Source: Candidatus Electronema halotolerans
GTDB taxonomy: Bacteria > Desulfobacterota > Desulfobulbia > Desulfobulbales > Desulfobulbaceae
Assembly (NCBI GenBank): GCA_942493095.1
Contig: OW818675.1
Span: 1,020,001 to 1,052,000 of the forward strand
Direction: 5' to 3'
Length of the DNA stretch: 32,000 nt
Part shown: piece by piece, positions 8,388 through 17,270 of the stretch
Position numbering within the stretch: position 1 is the first letter of the stretch
Layout: each line of letters begins with the position of its first letter
Program-made: the position numbers and the translations under genes
The notes under the pieces: model-generated
Databases searched by the model: none
The model's input: the letters and a program-made list of their open reading frames with translations, nothing else
What the model was told of the DNA's origin: nothing

Positions 8388-9584
8388 ATGAGCAAAACAG
8401 CCTTTCCCTCCCGCAGCTATCCTGATGATGTCGCTGTCATCCATCGTGAAAACCAGACTGTCCTGCTGGTCGGCACAGCCCATATTTCCCGTGAATCTGC
8501 TGATCTGGTTGAGGAGATCATTGAGCAGGAGCAGCCGGACATGGTCTGCATTGAGCTGGATGAAAAACGCTACAAAGCCTTGTCTGAGCCGCAGCAGTGG
8601 CAGAATTTAGACCTGAAGCAGATCATCAAAAACAAGCAGCTTTCCACCTTGCTGGTCAATCTGGTGCTTTCCTCGTATCAGAAGAAATTAGGCGGCAAGC
8701 TGGGCGTGCAGCCGGGCACGGAGCTGCTCACCGCAGCCAAGGCGGCTGAAAAGTATGGCATTACAGTGGAGCTGTGCGACCGGGATGTGCGTGTCACTCT
8801 GCGGCGGGCCTGGAAGGCCACGTCCCTGTTCAAGAAGGGCTATCTTTTGGCCACGTTGCTTGCTTCGCTGTTCGATGAGACCGAGCTGACTGAAGAGAAG
8901 CTGGCCGAGCTGCGCCAGCAGGATGTGCTCTCCGAGCTGATGGATGAAATTGGCAAAGCTCTGCCAGCGGCCAAGACCGCTCTGATTGATGAGCGCGACA
9001 TCTTCATGGCCGAGAAGATCAAGGCAGCGGCGGGCAGGCGGGTGGTGGCCGTGGTCGGGGCCGGTCATAAAGCCGGGATAGTCCGAGCCATGCAGGAGGA
9101 CAACAGCGGCAGAATGGAAGAAATCAACAGCATTCCGCCGGTCTCTGTTAGCTGGAAAATCGCTGGCTGGTCTGTGCCTGCCGCTGTCATCCTTTCCATC
9201 GCCCTGATCGGCGTGAAGCATGGCGCAAGTCAGGCCGGAGCCAATATTCTTTACTGGATATTGGCCAACGGCATTCCCTCAGCCATTGGCGGGGTGCTGG
9301 CCTTGGGGCATCCGGCCACAATCCTTGCCGCCTTTGTTGGCGCGCCGATCACCAGTCTGACACCGGTGATCGGGGCAGGGTATGTCTGCGCCTTTGTCCA
9401 AGTCATGACCCAGCCGCCCTTGGTCAGGGAATTTGAACACGCGGCTGAAGACATCGGCACAGTGCGCGGCTGGTGGAAGAACAAGCTTCTGCGGGTTTTT
9501 CTCGTCTTCCTGCTGACCGGCTTTGGCTCGGCCATTGGCACGTGGGTGGGCGGCTACAAGATCATCACCAATCTTTTTGCCTGA
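8388..9584 (+). CDS. TraB/GumN-family protein with C-terminal membrane segments
   Basis: VLLVGTAHISRESADLVEEIIEQEQPDMVCIELDEKR is the TraB-family N-terminal signature. The C-terminal ~140 aa are hydrophobic helices. Confidence 0.8.
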   Translation: MSKTAFPSRSYPDDVAVIHRENQTVLLVGTAHISRESADLVEEIIEQEQPDMVCIELDEKRYKALSEPQQWQNLDLKQIIKNKQLSTLLVNLVLSSYQKKLGGKLGVQPGTELLTAAKAAEKYGITVELCDRDVRVTLRRAWKATSLFKKGYLLATLLASLFDETELTEEKLAELRQQDVLSELMDEIGKALPAAKTALIDERDIFMAEKIKAAAGRRVVAVVGAGHKAGIVRAMQEDNSGRMEEINSIPPVSVSWKIAGWSVPAAVILSIALIGVKHGASQAGANILYWILANGIPSAIGGVLALGHPATILAAFVGAPITSLTPVIGAGYVCAFVQVMTQPPLVREFEHAAEDIGTVRGWWKNKLLRVFLVFLLTGFGSAIGTWVGGYKIITNLFA

Positions 9585-9591
9585 AAAAGAA

Positions 9592-9641
9592 GGAGAGCGC
9601 GGCAGGCTTCAGGATTTCCGCCGCGCCTCCTCTGCTTTTTT
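9592..9641. terminator. Putative bidirectional stem-loop between the convergent traB-like and ykgJ-like genes
   Basis: GGAGAGCGCGGC (9592-9603) pairs with GCCGCGCCTCC (9620-9630) with one bulge. An A-run lies upstream and TTTTTT (9636-9641) downstream. The right arm lies inside the 3' end of the minus-strand gene. Confidence 0.45.
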
Positions 9642-10556
9642 CTGGGCTGCACGTTCGGCCTTGAGTGCTTTATACTCCTCTTCCAGCCGCTGGAGATTCT
9701 CGCCCTGCTCCTGACGCATGGCCTTGACCTTCTCCTGCACCTTTTCTTGATTCATAGCCAGTCCTTCCGCGCCAAACAAGGCACTGGCCAAATACTTGAA
9801 CGAGAAGTGCATCAGGGCTTCGTCGTCATGCCGGAGCTGCTCAACCGTCTCCGGGTCGATCTGATAGGTCTGGAGAAAGGTGCTTTCAAAGACAAAGCGG
9901 CGGAAATGATCCAAATCCGTGGAAGCCATGAAGAACATGCGCTGGGCCGCCTCAGAGAGGCTGGCTTGCAGACTGAAGGACTTGCGCCGCATCACTAAGC
10001 GCAGCCACTCCTTGTTCATCTCATCGCGGACATCCAGGCCCTGATCCTCGCGCCATTCGCCGATGGTCCAGCGTTTCGGCTCCGCAAAGCCCTTGCAGTG
10101 CGCCTCCTTGACAAGGAAAAAGAATTTCTCCTCTGCGCCTTCCTTGCCGCCTTCGTGAAAATCCGCCATGCCCACTGGATAGTAGCGGCAGGCGGTCGGG
10201 CGGTCAGCATAGACGGTGCAGCCGTCCGGGGTGACAAAGGGGCAGCCTTCTTTCTCGCCGGTCAGCTTGAGCTGCACCCCTGGCAAGTCTGTTTTTTCCA
10301 AATAGATCGGCTCAGTGTATTGGCTGATGAAGTCATGGGCAGACATGTTCAGCCGCCGCCGCAGGATCATAATGTCGTAGGGCGTGAGCACGATCCTGAT
10401 GTTGTGGCAGCAGGCAGTGAAGCAGCTGACTCCTGGATGGCATTCAAACTGCAGCGGCGAATCAAGCGTCAGTTTTTCCGGCATGATGCAGGAGGGGTTC
10501 TTGTCGGTCGCACTGAGAAAATCCTTGGTCATGCCGTCGCCTTTGCTGTCGCTCAT
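9609..10556 (-). CDS. YkgJ/UPF0153-family Cys-cluster protein (putative Zn- or Fe-chelating domain)
   Basis: ECHPGVSCFTACCHN and GCPFVTPDGCTVYADRPTACRYYP match the family pattern. The start is uncertain. I prefer ATG 10556 (AGGAAACACC upstream). ORF-track GTG 10709 and ATGs at 10646 and 10628 are alternatives. Confidence 0.7.
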   Translation of the reverse strand: MSDSKGDGMTKDFLSATDKNPSCIMPEKLTLDSPLQFECHPGVSCFTACCHNIRIVLTPYDIMILRRRLNMSAHDFISQYTEPIYLEKTDLPGVQLKLTGEKEGCPFVTPDGCTVYADRPTACRYYPVGMADFHEGGKEGAEEKFFFLVKEAHCKGFAEPKRWTIGEWREDQGLDVRDEMNKEWLRLVMRRKSFSLQASLSEAAQRMFFMASTDLDHFRRFVFESTFLQTYQIDPETVEQLRHDDEALMHFSFKYLASALFGAEGLAMNQEKVQEKVKAMRQEQGENLQRLEEEYKALKAERAAQKKAEEARRKS

Positions 10557-10745
10557 GGTGTTTCCTGTTGAAATATAGGTTCCGCAGCGGGCCAGCCCGC
10601 GCATGGTATCTGTGTTTTCCTGCAACATCTTACCAGCAAAGGGCATGCTGTCAAAGGAAACTTGCAGGCCGCTTTCTTCTGCTGGAGCAGGTGCGGGTCT
10701 GTTGAGCACAGAAAGGTGGGACCGCCCCGGTCTTCAACCCCGCAC

Positions 10746-10771
10746 AAGTTGCACTTGCAGCTTGAATCCAC
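10746..10771 (+). repeat. Solo copy of the terminal-repeat sequence of the MITE-like element at 31238-31424
   Basis: AAGTTGCACTTGCAGCTTGAATCCAC matches 31400-31424 plus the preceding A (AAGTTGCACTTGCGAGTTGAATCCAC) at 23 of 26 positions by hand alignment. Confidence 0.6.
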
Positions 10772-10806
10772 CCTCGCCGTTGTCGCAGACGTGAACATTG
10801 AATTTC

Positions 10807-10835
10807 TTGTGCAACCGGGCTGTCCATGTTATCAT
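10807..10835 (+). promoter_or_regulatory. Putative sigma70 promoter of the TPR lipoprotein operon
   Basis: TTGTGC, a 17-nt spacer, then TATCAT, about 30 nt before ATG 10866. It overlaps the motif TGTCCATGTTATCATCA, which is shared with the CZB promoter. Confidence 0.4.
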
Positions 10836-10865
10836 CATCTATGATACAAAGCTCCTGCCAACCAG

Positions 10866-12707
10866 ATGCACGCGCCAATGGCCCCACTCAGGCACTCTGT
10901 CCATTTTCTGCTTAAACTGTCCCTGCCCGTTGCCGGACTGCTGCTGGCCAGCAGCGGCTGCGCGGAAAACAACTCATCAGCCGCGCCAGTCCGCCCAGCT
11001 GTGGCCGCTTCTTCTGCTCCGGCTCCGGCAGAGGCCTTGTTTGATCAAAAGCAGGACAGTGATCACGGGTGCAGCTATTTTTATTTTCTCTGGGGCCGTC
11101 ACGCTGAATTGGAAAGCAAATACGACGCAGCCTTGGAGGCGTATGAAAAGGCCCTGATCTGCGACCCTGACGCGAATTTTGTCATCAGCAAGCTGCCTGC
11201 CCTGCTGGTGCGGATGAACCGCCGGGACGAGGCTGCGGCCCGCCTGCGGGACTATCTGCGCCGCCACCCGAAAGAAGCCGAGCCAAGAATGCAGCTTGCC
11301 AAACTGCTGATTGATGCGGGCAAGTTCCAGGAGGCTGCTGATCAATACCGCCAGGCGCATGAGCTGAATCCCAAGGAAACCGCGCCACTCCTCCTCCTCA
11401 GCGAGCTGCATCTTTCGGAAAACAAACCTGAAGAAGCCAAAGCCGCCTTGGAGGAAGTGTTGGCCGCAGACAGCCGCTCCTATCCAGCCCATCTGCTGCT
11501 GGCCCGTCTTCTTGCCGCGCAGGGGGAGCTGGCGCAGGCTGTGGAGCATTATCAGCAGGCTGTCAGTCTCAATGCCTCGGAAGGGCTGCAATTGGAACTG
11601 GCCGAGGTCCTGATTGAGCAGAAAAAATATGCGCAGGCCGCCAGCATCTACAAGGAGCTGCTCAAGCAGGATGAAGAGAACGAGGAGGCGCGGATCGGCC
11701 TGATTCACACCTGCCTGCTCCAGAACAACGAACGCCAGGCAATGGCGGAGCTGAAGCGGCTCAATGACCTGACCGGCAATCCTGAGCAGGCTGAACTGAC
11801 CGTGGCCAAGCTCTACATCCGCTGGGAGGAATACAGCAAAGCCATCACCCTGCTGCACGAGATTCTGAACAAGGAGAAAGATATTTCCGAAGCCCGCTAT
11901 CTGCTTGGCGCGCTGCAAATGCAGGAGAAGCAATATCAAGAGGCCTTGCAGACCTTGGCGCAGATCGACCCGGAGGCGGATGAGCACGAGGATGCGCTGA
12001 TCCTGCAAGTGCGGGTGCTCAAGGAGCTGGGCCAGGAGGACGAGGCGGCCCGGCGGCTGGAGGCGGCGTTGAGGAAAGACTGTCAGCTCAGTCCTGAAGT
12101 CTGGCTGCTGCTGACCAGCATCTATCAGGCGGCAGAGCAGGATGCGGCCTGCCGCAAGACCTTTGCCCGCGCTCTGGAAAATTATCCTGACAATGAGCAG
12201 CTGCTCTATGATTACGGTCTTTTTCTCAATGAATCCGGCAGAAAAAAACAGGCCTTGGCCATCATGAACAAACTGCTGCAGCTCAATCCTGATCATGCGG
12301 GCGCATTGAATTATATTGGCTACACCTGGGCTGAGAGCAAGACAAATTTGAGCAAGGCCTTTCTCTATTTGACCCGCGCTGGCGAGCTGAAGCCGGACAA
12401 TCCCTCCATTCATGACAGTCTGGGCTGGGTCTATTACCAGATGGGCAGTCTGGACAATGCCTTGCGCACCTTGCAGGAAGCAGCGGCAATGGCCCCGGAT
12501 GATCCTGCGGTTCACGAGCATCTGGCTGAGGCCCAGGCTGCTGCCGGACAGCGGGCAGTGGCGGAAAAGGCGTGGCGCAAGGCCTTGGAGCTGTACAGCA
12601 CAGAGGCGGCTGCGGCAATGAGCAAGAGAAAACAGGAACGGGCTGAGAACGGCATCAGGCGGGTGAAGGAAAAACTGGCCCTGCTGGATGCAAAGGAGAA
12701 ACAATGA
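10866..12707 (+). CDS. TPR-repeat lipoprotein
   Basis: 613 aa. Signal and lipobox-like LLLASSGC. Many 34-aa TPR-like units follow (for example ALEAYEKALICDPDA, AADQYRQAHELNPKE, ALRTLQEAAAMAPDD). Confidence 0.8.
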   Translation: MHAPMAPLRHSVHFLLKLSLPVAGLLLASSGCAENNSSAAPVRPAVAASSAPAPAEALFDQKQDSDHGCSYFYFLWGRHAELESKYDAALEAYEKALICDPDANFVISKLPALLVRMNRRDEAAARLRDYLRRHPKEAEPRMQLAKLLIDAGKFQEAADQYRQAHELNPKETAPLLLLSELHLSENKPEEAKAALEEVLAADSRSYPAHLLLARLLAAQGELAQAVEHYQQAVSLNASEGLQLELAEVLIEQKKYAQAASIYKELLKQDEENEEARIGLIHTCLLQNNERQAMAELKRLNDLTGNPEQAELTVAKLYIRWEEYSKAITLLHEILNKEKDISEARYLLGALQMQEKQYQEALQTLAQIDPEADEHEDALILQVRVLKELGQEDEAARRLEAALRKDCQLSPEVWLLLTSIYQAAEQDAACRKTFARALENYPDNEQLLYDYGLFLNESGRKKQALAIMNKLLQLNPDHAGALNYIGYTWAESKTNLSKAFLYLTRAGELKPDNPSIHDSLGWVYYQMGSLDNALRTLQEAAAMAPDDPAVHEHLAEAQAAAGQRAVAEKAWRKALELYSTEAAAAMSKRKQERAENGIRRVKEKLALLDAKEKQ

Positions 12708-13504
12708 GATATGTTTTAGCAGGCTGTTGTCTTTGTATCCTGCTGCTGGGCGGCTGCGCAGTCAAGCTGCCGCAGACTGAGAGGCTCGGCGGGACAGACT
12801 TGGAGGATGCGCAAGAACGGCTGAACCTTTATCTGGCCCAGTCCTGCGTGGCGGCGGTGGACGGCGATGTCACTCTGAGCTGGTCAGCTTATGGCCAGAA
12901 CGACAGGTATGCCGCATCTTTGCAGGCCGCTGCTCCGGCCTTGCTCCGGCTGTCCTTGAACGACCCGCTGGGCCGCCCACTGCTCCTGCTGGGCACAGAC
13001 GGCAAAACCTTCACCTTGGCCGACAACCGGAAAGCGGTCGGCTACACCGGCAGCACTGACTTGCGCTTTGTCCGCCGCTTTCTGCCCGCCTTCATTCCAA
13101 CAGATGATCTTTTTCTCTGGTTGAGCGGCAGGGTTCGGCCAGAAACCATGCGCCGGGCCGCAGCCCGTGCTGACGCGGAAGGCCGAATCTGGTGGCATGG
13201 CGGCTCATCGGACGGCACAACTGTCCATATTCTCGCCTTTGACCGCCAGAATCATCTCAGCCGCCATTTAGTGGCTGATCAAAAAACAAACGAAATCCTC
13301 TTTGAAGCCGATTACAGCGGCTATCAATCCACGAACAAGGACTGCGCCTGGCCCGGCAGGATCAATTTCACCGGCAAAGCTCTGGAAGCAGACTATGCAA
13401 TCACCTTTGAGGAGCTGTTCGGCTTTGGCCCGATTGACAAAAAACACTTCCAAGTCAGCCTGCCGCCTCATTTCACGGTCAAGCAAATGACGGATCAGGA
13501 CTGA
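12704..13504 (+). CDS. Lipoprotein, LolB/DUF4292-like (low-confidence family call)
   Basis: Lipobox LLLGGC. 4-nt ATGA overlap with the upstream TPR gene. The family suggestion rests only on size, lipoprotein nature and the pairing with a TPR lipoprotein. Confidence 0.55.
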   Translation: MRYVLAGCCLCILLLGGCAVKLPQTERLGGTDLEDAQERLNLYLAQSCVAAVDGDVTLSWSAYGQNDRYAASLQAAAPALLRLSLNDPLGRPLLLLGTDGKTFTLADNRKAVGYTGSTDLRFVRRFLPAFIPTDDLFLWLSGRVRPETMRRAAARADAEGRIWWHGGSSDGTTVHILAFDRQNHLSRHLVADQKTNEILFEADYSGYQSTNKDCAWPGRINFTGKALEADYAITFEELFGFGPIDKKHFQVSLPPHFTVKQMTDQD

Positions 13505-13541
13505 GTGCGGCTTGAACAAAGCCAGCAAAAGTCGCTTCATC

Positions 13542-14324
13542 ATGCCCGCACCCATTCTCGAAGTCAGCAGCCTGACTATGAAATTCGGCGGCATCCGCGC
13601 TTTGGACGGCTTGGAACTCCGCGTCCGGCAGGGCGAAATTGTCGCTCTGATCGGCCCGAACGGGGCAGGCAAGACCACCTTTTTCAACTGCCTGACCGGA
13701 ATCTATAAGCCAAGCTCCGGCAAGCTGCTGCTCACTCCACCGGGCAGGAAGTCAAAACGGTTGAACGGACTGGCCCCGCACAAGGTGACGCAGGCAGGCA
13801 TGGCCAGAACGTTCCAGAATATCCGTCTGTTCCCGGAAATGACCGTGCTGGAGAATGTGATGATTGGCCGCCATTGCCGGACCAGGGCCGGGTTGCTCGG
13901 CGCGATTCTGCGGGACAGAAAGACGCGGCGCGAGGAGCAGGACACGGTTGCCCGCTCTTTGGTACTGCTGGAGAAAATCGGCTTGGCCGCCTCAGTGGAT
14001 GAGCTGGCCAAGAACCTGCCTTACGGGGCGCAGCGGCGGCTGGAGATAGCCCGCGCCTTGGCGACCGAACCGCTGATTCTGCTCTTGGATGAGCCTGCCG
14101 CTGGCATGAATCCGCAGGAAACCGATGAGCTGGACGGGCTGATCACCACGATCCGTGACCAAGGCATTTCCATCCTCCTGATCGAGCATGACATGAAATT
14201 GGTGATGAGTCTGTCCGATCATATTTTTGTCATGGATTACGGCAGAAAAATCGCTGAAGGAACACCGGAGGAGGTGCGCCGCAACCCTGAAGTGATCAGG
14301 GCCTATCTGGGCGAGGAGGAGTGA
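13542..14324 (+). CDS. livG: LivG-type ABC transporter ATP-binding protein (orphan)
   Basis: Walker A GPNGAGKTTFFN. LivG-type insertion before ARTFQNIRLF. Signature LPYGAQRRLEIARAL. Walker B ILLLDEPAAG. C-terminal EVIRAYLGEE. I prefer ATG 13542 over the TTG at 13512. Confidence 0.8.
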   Translation: MPAPILEVSSLTMKFGGIRALDGLELRVRQGEIVALIGPNGAGKTTFFNCLTGIYKPSSGKLLLTPPGRKSKRLNGLAPHKVTQAGMARTFQNIRLFPEMTVLENVMIGRHCRTRAGLLGAILRDRKTRREEQDTVARSLVLLEKIGLAASVDELAKNLPYGAQRRLEIARALATEPLILLLDEPAAGMNPQETDELDGLITTIRDQGISILLIEHDMKLVMSLSDHIFVMDYGRKIAEGTPEEVRRNPEVIRAYLGEEE

Positions 14325-14414
14325 CAGAAGAGTCGGTTTGAAAAAATCTCTTGAAAAATACAGCCAAATCGTTCAATGTGATTCATTATACAATCTCAAT
14401 GCAGGAGGATTCTT

Positions 14415-14981
14415 ATGAAGAAAGCTGTACAAACCGTTCTCGTTTTTGCCGCTGCCGTATTTTTTGCCAGTCAAGCCGGGGCGCAAGTGACCTTCAATGC
14501 ACCTATGCAGTTTGCAGGCACAGGCTGCAAAGCCGGTGAATATTCTTTCTCAGGAGATGGCACTGACACCCTGACTGTTTTGTTCAGCGCCTATGATGCC
14601 AGCAATCCGAAAGAAAACGCCGCCAGCGGCATGATGCGCACTGCATGCAGCTTTGTCGTGCCTGTGAAAGTGCCGCCAGGGTTTCAGGTCTCAACCATGA
14701 CCTCAGACTGGCGCGGCTATTCTGAAGGCAGGACCCAGCTGTTCCGTGAGTATTTCTTTGCCGGTCAGCGCGGGCCGCAGGCCAGAAGCAATCCGAAAGG
14801 CAATTACACCGAACGTGACAACCTGATGAACGCCACATGGAGCGGCTGTAGCGGCGGAACCATTCCATTGCGAATCAACAGCTCGGTCCGGGCAATCACC
14901 AGGCCAAGTTATATTGCCGTGGATACGGTTGATCTGAAGAACAAAGTTGTTTTCCATCTTCAGTCGAGACGCTGTCGGTAA
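14415..14981 (+). CDS. Secreted DUF4360-family protein, paralogue 1
   Basis: AGGAGG before the ATG. Signal peptide ...FFASQAGAQ. The motifs GTGC, FSAYDA, CSFVVPVKVPPGF, DWRGY, EYFFAG and LRINSS fit my memory of DUF4360. Confidence 0.65.
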   Translation: MKKAVQTVLVFAAAVFFASQAGAQVTFNAPMQFAGTGCKAGEYSFSGDGTDTLTVLFSAYDASNPKENAASGMMRTACSFVVPVKVPPGFQVSTMTSDWRGYSEGRTQLFREYFFAGQRGPQARSNPKGNYTERDNLMNATWSGCSGGTIPLRINSSVRAITRPSYIAVDTVDLKNKVVFHLQSRRCR

Positions 14982-15020
14982 TTCTGCTGTCATTTTTTGT
15001 TGCTGAACCAGAATCAAGAA

Positions 15021-15052
15021 AGCTCATGTTGTCATCAGCATGGGCTTTTTTT
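15021..15052 (+). terminator. Rho-independent terminator after DUF4360 paralogue 1
   Basis: AGCTCATG (15021-15028) pairs with CATGGGCT (15039-15046), with one G-U pair and a 10-nt loop, followed by a T-run. Confidence 0.6.
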
Positions 15053-15078
15053 ATTTTTTTATCAGGAGATTATCGTTA

Positions 15079-15693
15079 GTGAAAAAAATAGTATTTATTT
15101 CATTCATTGCAATGCTGTTTTTGGTCAGTCTTGCCGCTGAATCTTATGCCCAGGCAGTATATTTCAAAGAACCTATGGATTTTGCAGGAACAGGTTGCGG
15201 GATTGGTTCATATACCATTTCTGGGGACGGAACTGCTATTTTGACTATCCAGTTCAGCGAGTATGATGCTGCTGACCCGGCAGACGGTGCCGCCAGCGGG
15301 CTGCAACATGCTTCGTGCAGTTTTGCTGTTCCCATTCATGTGCCAGCCGGTTATCAAATATCCGAGTTGAAAGCAGACTGGCGGGGATTTGCTGCAGGTT
15401 CAACAGAATTCTCTCGTGAATATTTTTTTGCTGGGAAAACAGGTGTCAGCAAAACATCAAATCCTGCTGACGAGTTTATAGAACAAGATCAGAATATGAA
15501 TTTCAGCTCCTGTGCAAAAGATGGTGAAAAAGATATAATGCTGCGTATAAACAGCTCTATTCAGGCGACGAAAAACGGAAACGAAAGTTATAATTATATC
15601 AACATAGGTAGTCTTGACCAGTCGCTCATCTTGAAGCTGCAATTAGAGAAGTGTCCAAATCCGCTTCCTGCTGTTTTCAACCTGCTTTTGTAA
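15079..15693 (+). CDS. Secreted DUF4360-family protein, paralogue 2 (AT-richer)
   Basis: GTG start 9 nt after AGGAGA. Signal peptide VKKIVFISFIAMLFLVSLAAESYAQA. It is collinear with paralogue 1 (GTGC, FSEYDA, CSFAVPIHVPAGY, DWRGF, EYFFAG, LRINSS). ORF-track ATG 15040 lies inside the terminator loop. Confidence 0.65.
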   Translation: MKKIVFISFIAMLFLVSLAAESYAQAVYFKEPMDFAGTGCGIGSYTISGDGTAILTIQFSEYDAADPADGAASGLQHASCSFAVPIHVPAGYQISELKADWRGFAAGSTEFSREYFFAGKTGVSKTSNPADEFIEQDQNMNFSSCAKDGEKDIMLRINSSIQATKNGNESYNYINIGSLDQSLILKLQLEKCPNPLPAVFNLLL

Positions 15694-15943
15694 TTGCTGA
15701 ATATATTCATACAAAGCTGCTCCGCAGTAGCTGAAATGCCGATTTGACCGGAACTTCCAATCTTCCGTACTGGTGCTCTTGACAGGCTCAGGGTGCCTTT
15801 TAAAGCTGCCTGAGCGAAGTCGAAAGCAGCGGCGGCAGTTTCCTCCTCTCAACCGCCCTTCCCCAAATCAGAAGAAGACAGAACCGTCAACGTAACCTTG
15901 CGGGAGCGCAAGAGAATTCCCATAGTTTCTTCAGAAAAAACAA

Positions 15944-17230
15944 ATGATTGAACTGTTTCCTGTCCAGTCCCTTGATGCAGTTGTCCGCGTTCCCGGCTCC
16001 AAAAGCCTCACCCAGCGCGCCCTGATTGCCGCCGCCTTAGCTGACGGTGAATCGACCCTTGTCGGCCCCTTGGCCAGCGAGGACACCCATTACACGATCA
16101 CCGCTCTCCGCCAGATGGGCATTGCCATTGATGACAGCAACCCAGAACGATGGACAGTGCGCGGCTGCGGCGGCGCAGTCCAGACCCCGGCGGAAGACAT
16201 CTTCCTTGGCAACAACGGCACGGCCACCCGCTTTCTGACCTCAGCAGCAGCACTGGGGAAAGGATGCTGCCGCATCACTGGCGGCGAGCGCATGGCCCAG
16301 CGGCCCATTGCTCCGCTGATGGCGGCCCTGCGCGGCTGGCAGGTGCGGATTGACAGCGAGGCCGGAACTGGCTGTCCTCCCTTGCGCATTGACGCGGACG
16401 GACTTGCAGGCGGCCCGACCGTGTTGCCAGAGGGCAAGTCAAGCCAGTACCTTTCCTCCCTGCTCCTTGTCGCGCCCTACGCCAAGCAGCCTGCTGAACT
16501 GATTGTGCAGGGCGAGGTGCTGTCCAAGCCCTATGTGGAAATGACCTTGGCCGTGATGCGGGATTTCGGCATTCACGTCGAGGCCGCGCCTGCGCTGAAC
16601 CAGTTTCGCATTCCGCAGGGCTGCTACAAAGGCATTGAGTATGCAGTGGAGGGCGATGCCTCCGGGGCTTCCTATTTCTGGGCCGCCGCCGCAGTGACCG
16701 GCGGCAAGGTCACAGTTGCCAATGTGCCGTCGCCGTCCTTGCAGGGTGATGCAGGCTTGGTGCGGCTCTTGGTCCAGATGGGCTGCAAAGTCAGCACAGC
16801 GCAGGGCGGCATCACCGTGCAGGGGCCGGAGCAACTCCACGCCATTGAGGCGGACATGGGCAACATGCCGGATGTTGCGCCCACGCTGGCAGTCGTGGCC
16901 GCCTTTGCCCAAGGCACCACCGTGATCAGCAATATTGAGCACCTGCGGATCAAGGAATGCGACCGGCTGGCAGTCATGGTGACGGAGCTGCGCAAGCTGG
17001 GCGTGGAGGCGGAGGAGGAGCGCGACCGGATGATCATCCACGGCAGGGGCGGGGCTGACTTGCACGGCGCGGAAATCGCCACGTATGAAGATCACCGGAT
17101 TGCCATGTGCTTTGCCGTGGCTGGCTTGCGGGTGTCGGGCGTGAAAATTTATGGCGAGGACTGCGTGGCCAAGTCTTTTCCAGATTTCTGGCAGCGATGG
17201 CGGAAGATGCTGCAACAGGAGCAGAAATGA
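15944..17230 (+). CDS. aroA: 3-phosphoshikimate 1-carboxyvinyltransferase (EPSP synthase)
   Basis: 428 aa with VRVPGSKSLTQRALIAAALADGES, LGNNGTATRFL, EGDASGASYF, RIKECDR and DHRIAMCFAV. Confidence 0.95.
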   Translation: MIELFPVQSLDAVVRVPGSKSLTQRALIAAALADGESTLVGPLASEDTHYTITALRQMGIAIDDSNPERWTVRGCGGAVQTPAEDIFLGNNGTATRFLTSAAALGKGCCRITGGERMAQRPIAPLMAALRGWQVRIDSEAGTGCPPLRIDADGLAGGPTVLPEGKSSQYLSSLLLVAPYAKQPAELIVQGEVLSKPYVEMTLAVMRDFGIHVEAAPALNQFRIPQGCYKGIEYAVEGDASGASYFWAAAAVTGGKVTVANVPSPSLQGDAGLVRLLVQMGCKVSTAQGGITVQGPEQLHAIEADMGNMPDVAPTLAVVAAFAQGTTVISNIEHLRIKECDRLAVMVTELRKLGVEAEEERDRMIIHGRGGADLHGAEIATYEDHRIAMCFAVAGLRVSGVKIYGEDCVAKSFPDFWQRWRKMLQQEQK

Positions 17231-17270
17231 CAGGTTTTTTTTCAATAAACGTATTGCAGGAGACAGGACA

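Noticed and set aside
10977-12704. Very long antisense ORFs: 10977-12704(-), 20845-22302(-), 27937-29334(-), 19163-20131(-), 16439-17245(-), 22748-23548(-), 24650-25519(-), 20-787(-).
   Set aside because: Each lies opposite a gene with clear family motifs. Their products are low-complexity and Arg/Gly/Ala/Gln-rich, as is typical of stop-codon-poor antisense frames in G+C-rich DNA. None has a recognisable motif or SD.
15694-15943. 250-nt gap before aroA with two hairpins (GCTCAGG...CCTGAGC at ~15786-15815 and CTTGCG-GGAG-CGCAAG at ~15896-15911). Possible riboswitch or sRNA. A 69-aa antisense ORF at 15643-15852 is also present.
   Set aside because: I cannot match the region to any riboswitch consensus I know. 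The nearby TTGACA has no acceptable -10 element. The ORF overlaps the DUF4360 gene end and has no SD. Evidence is insufficient to call a feature.
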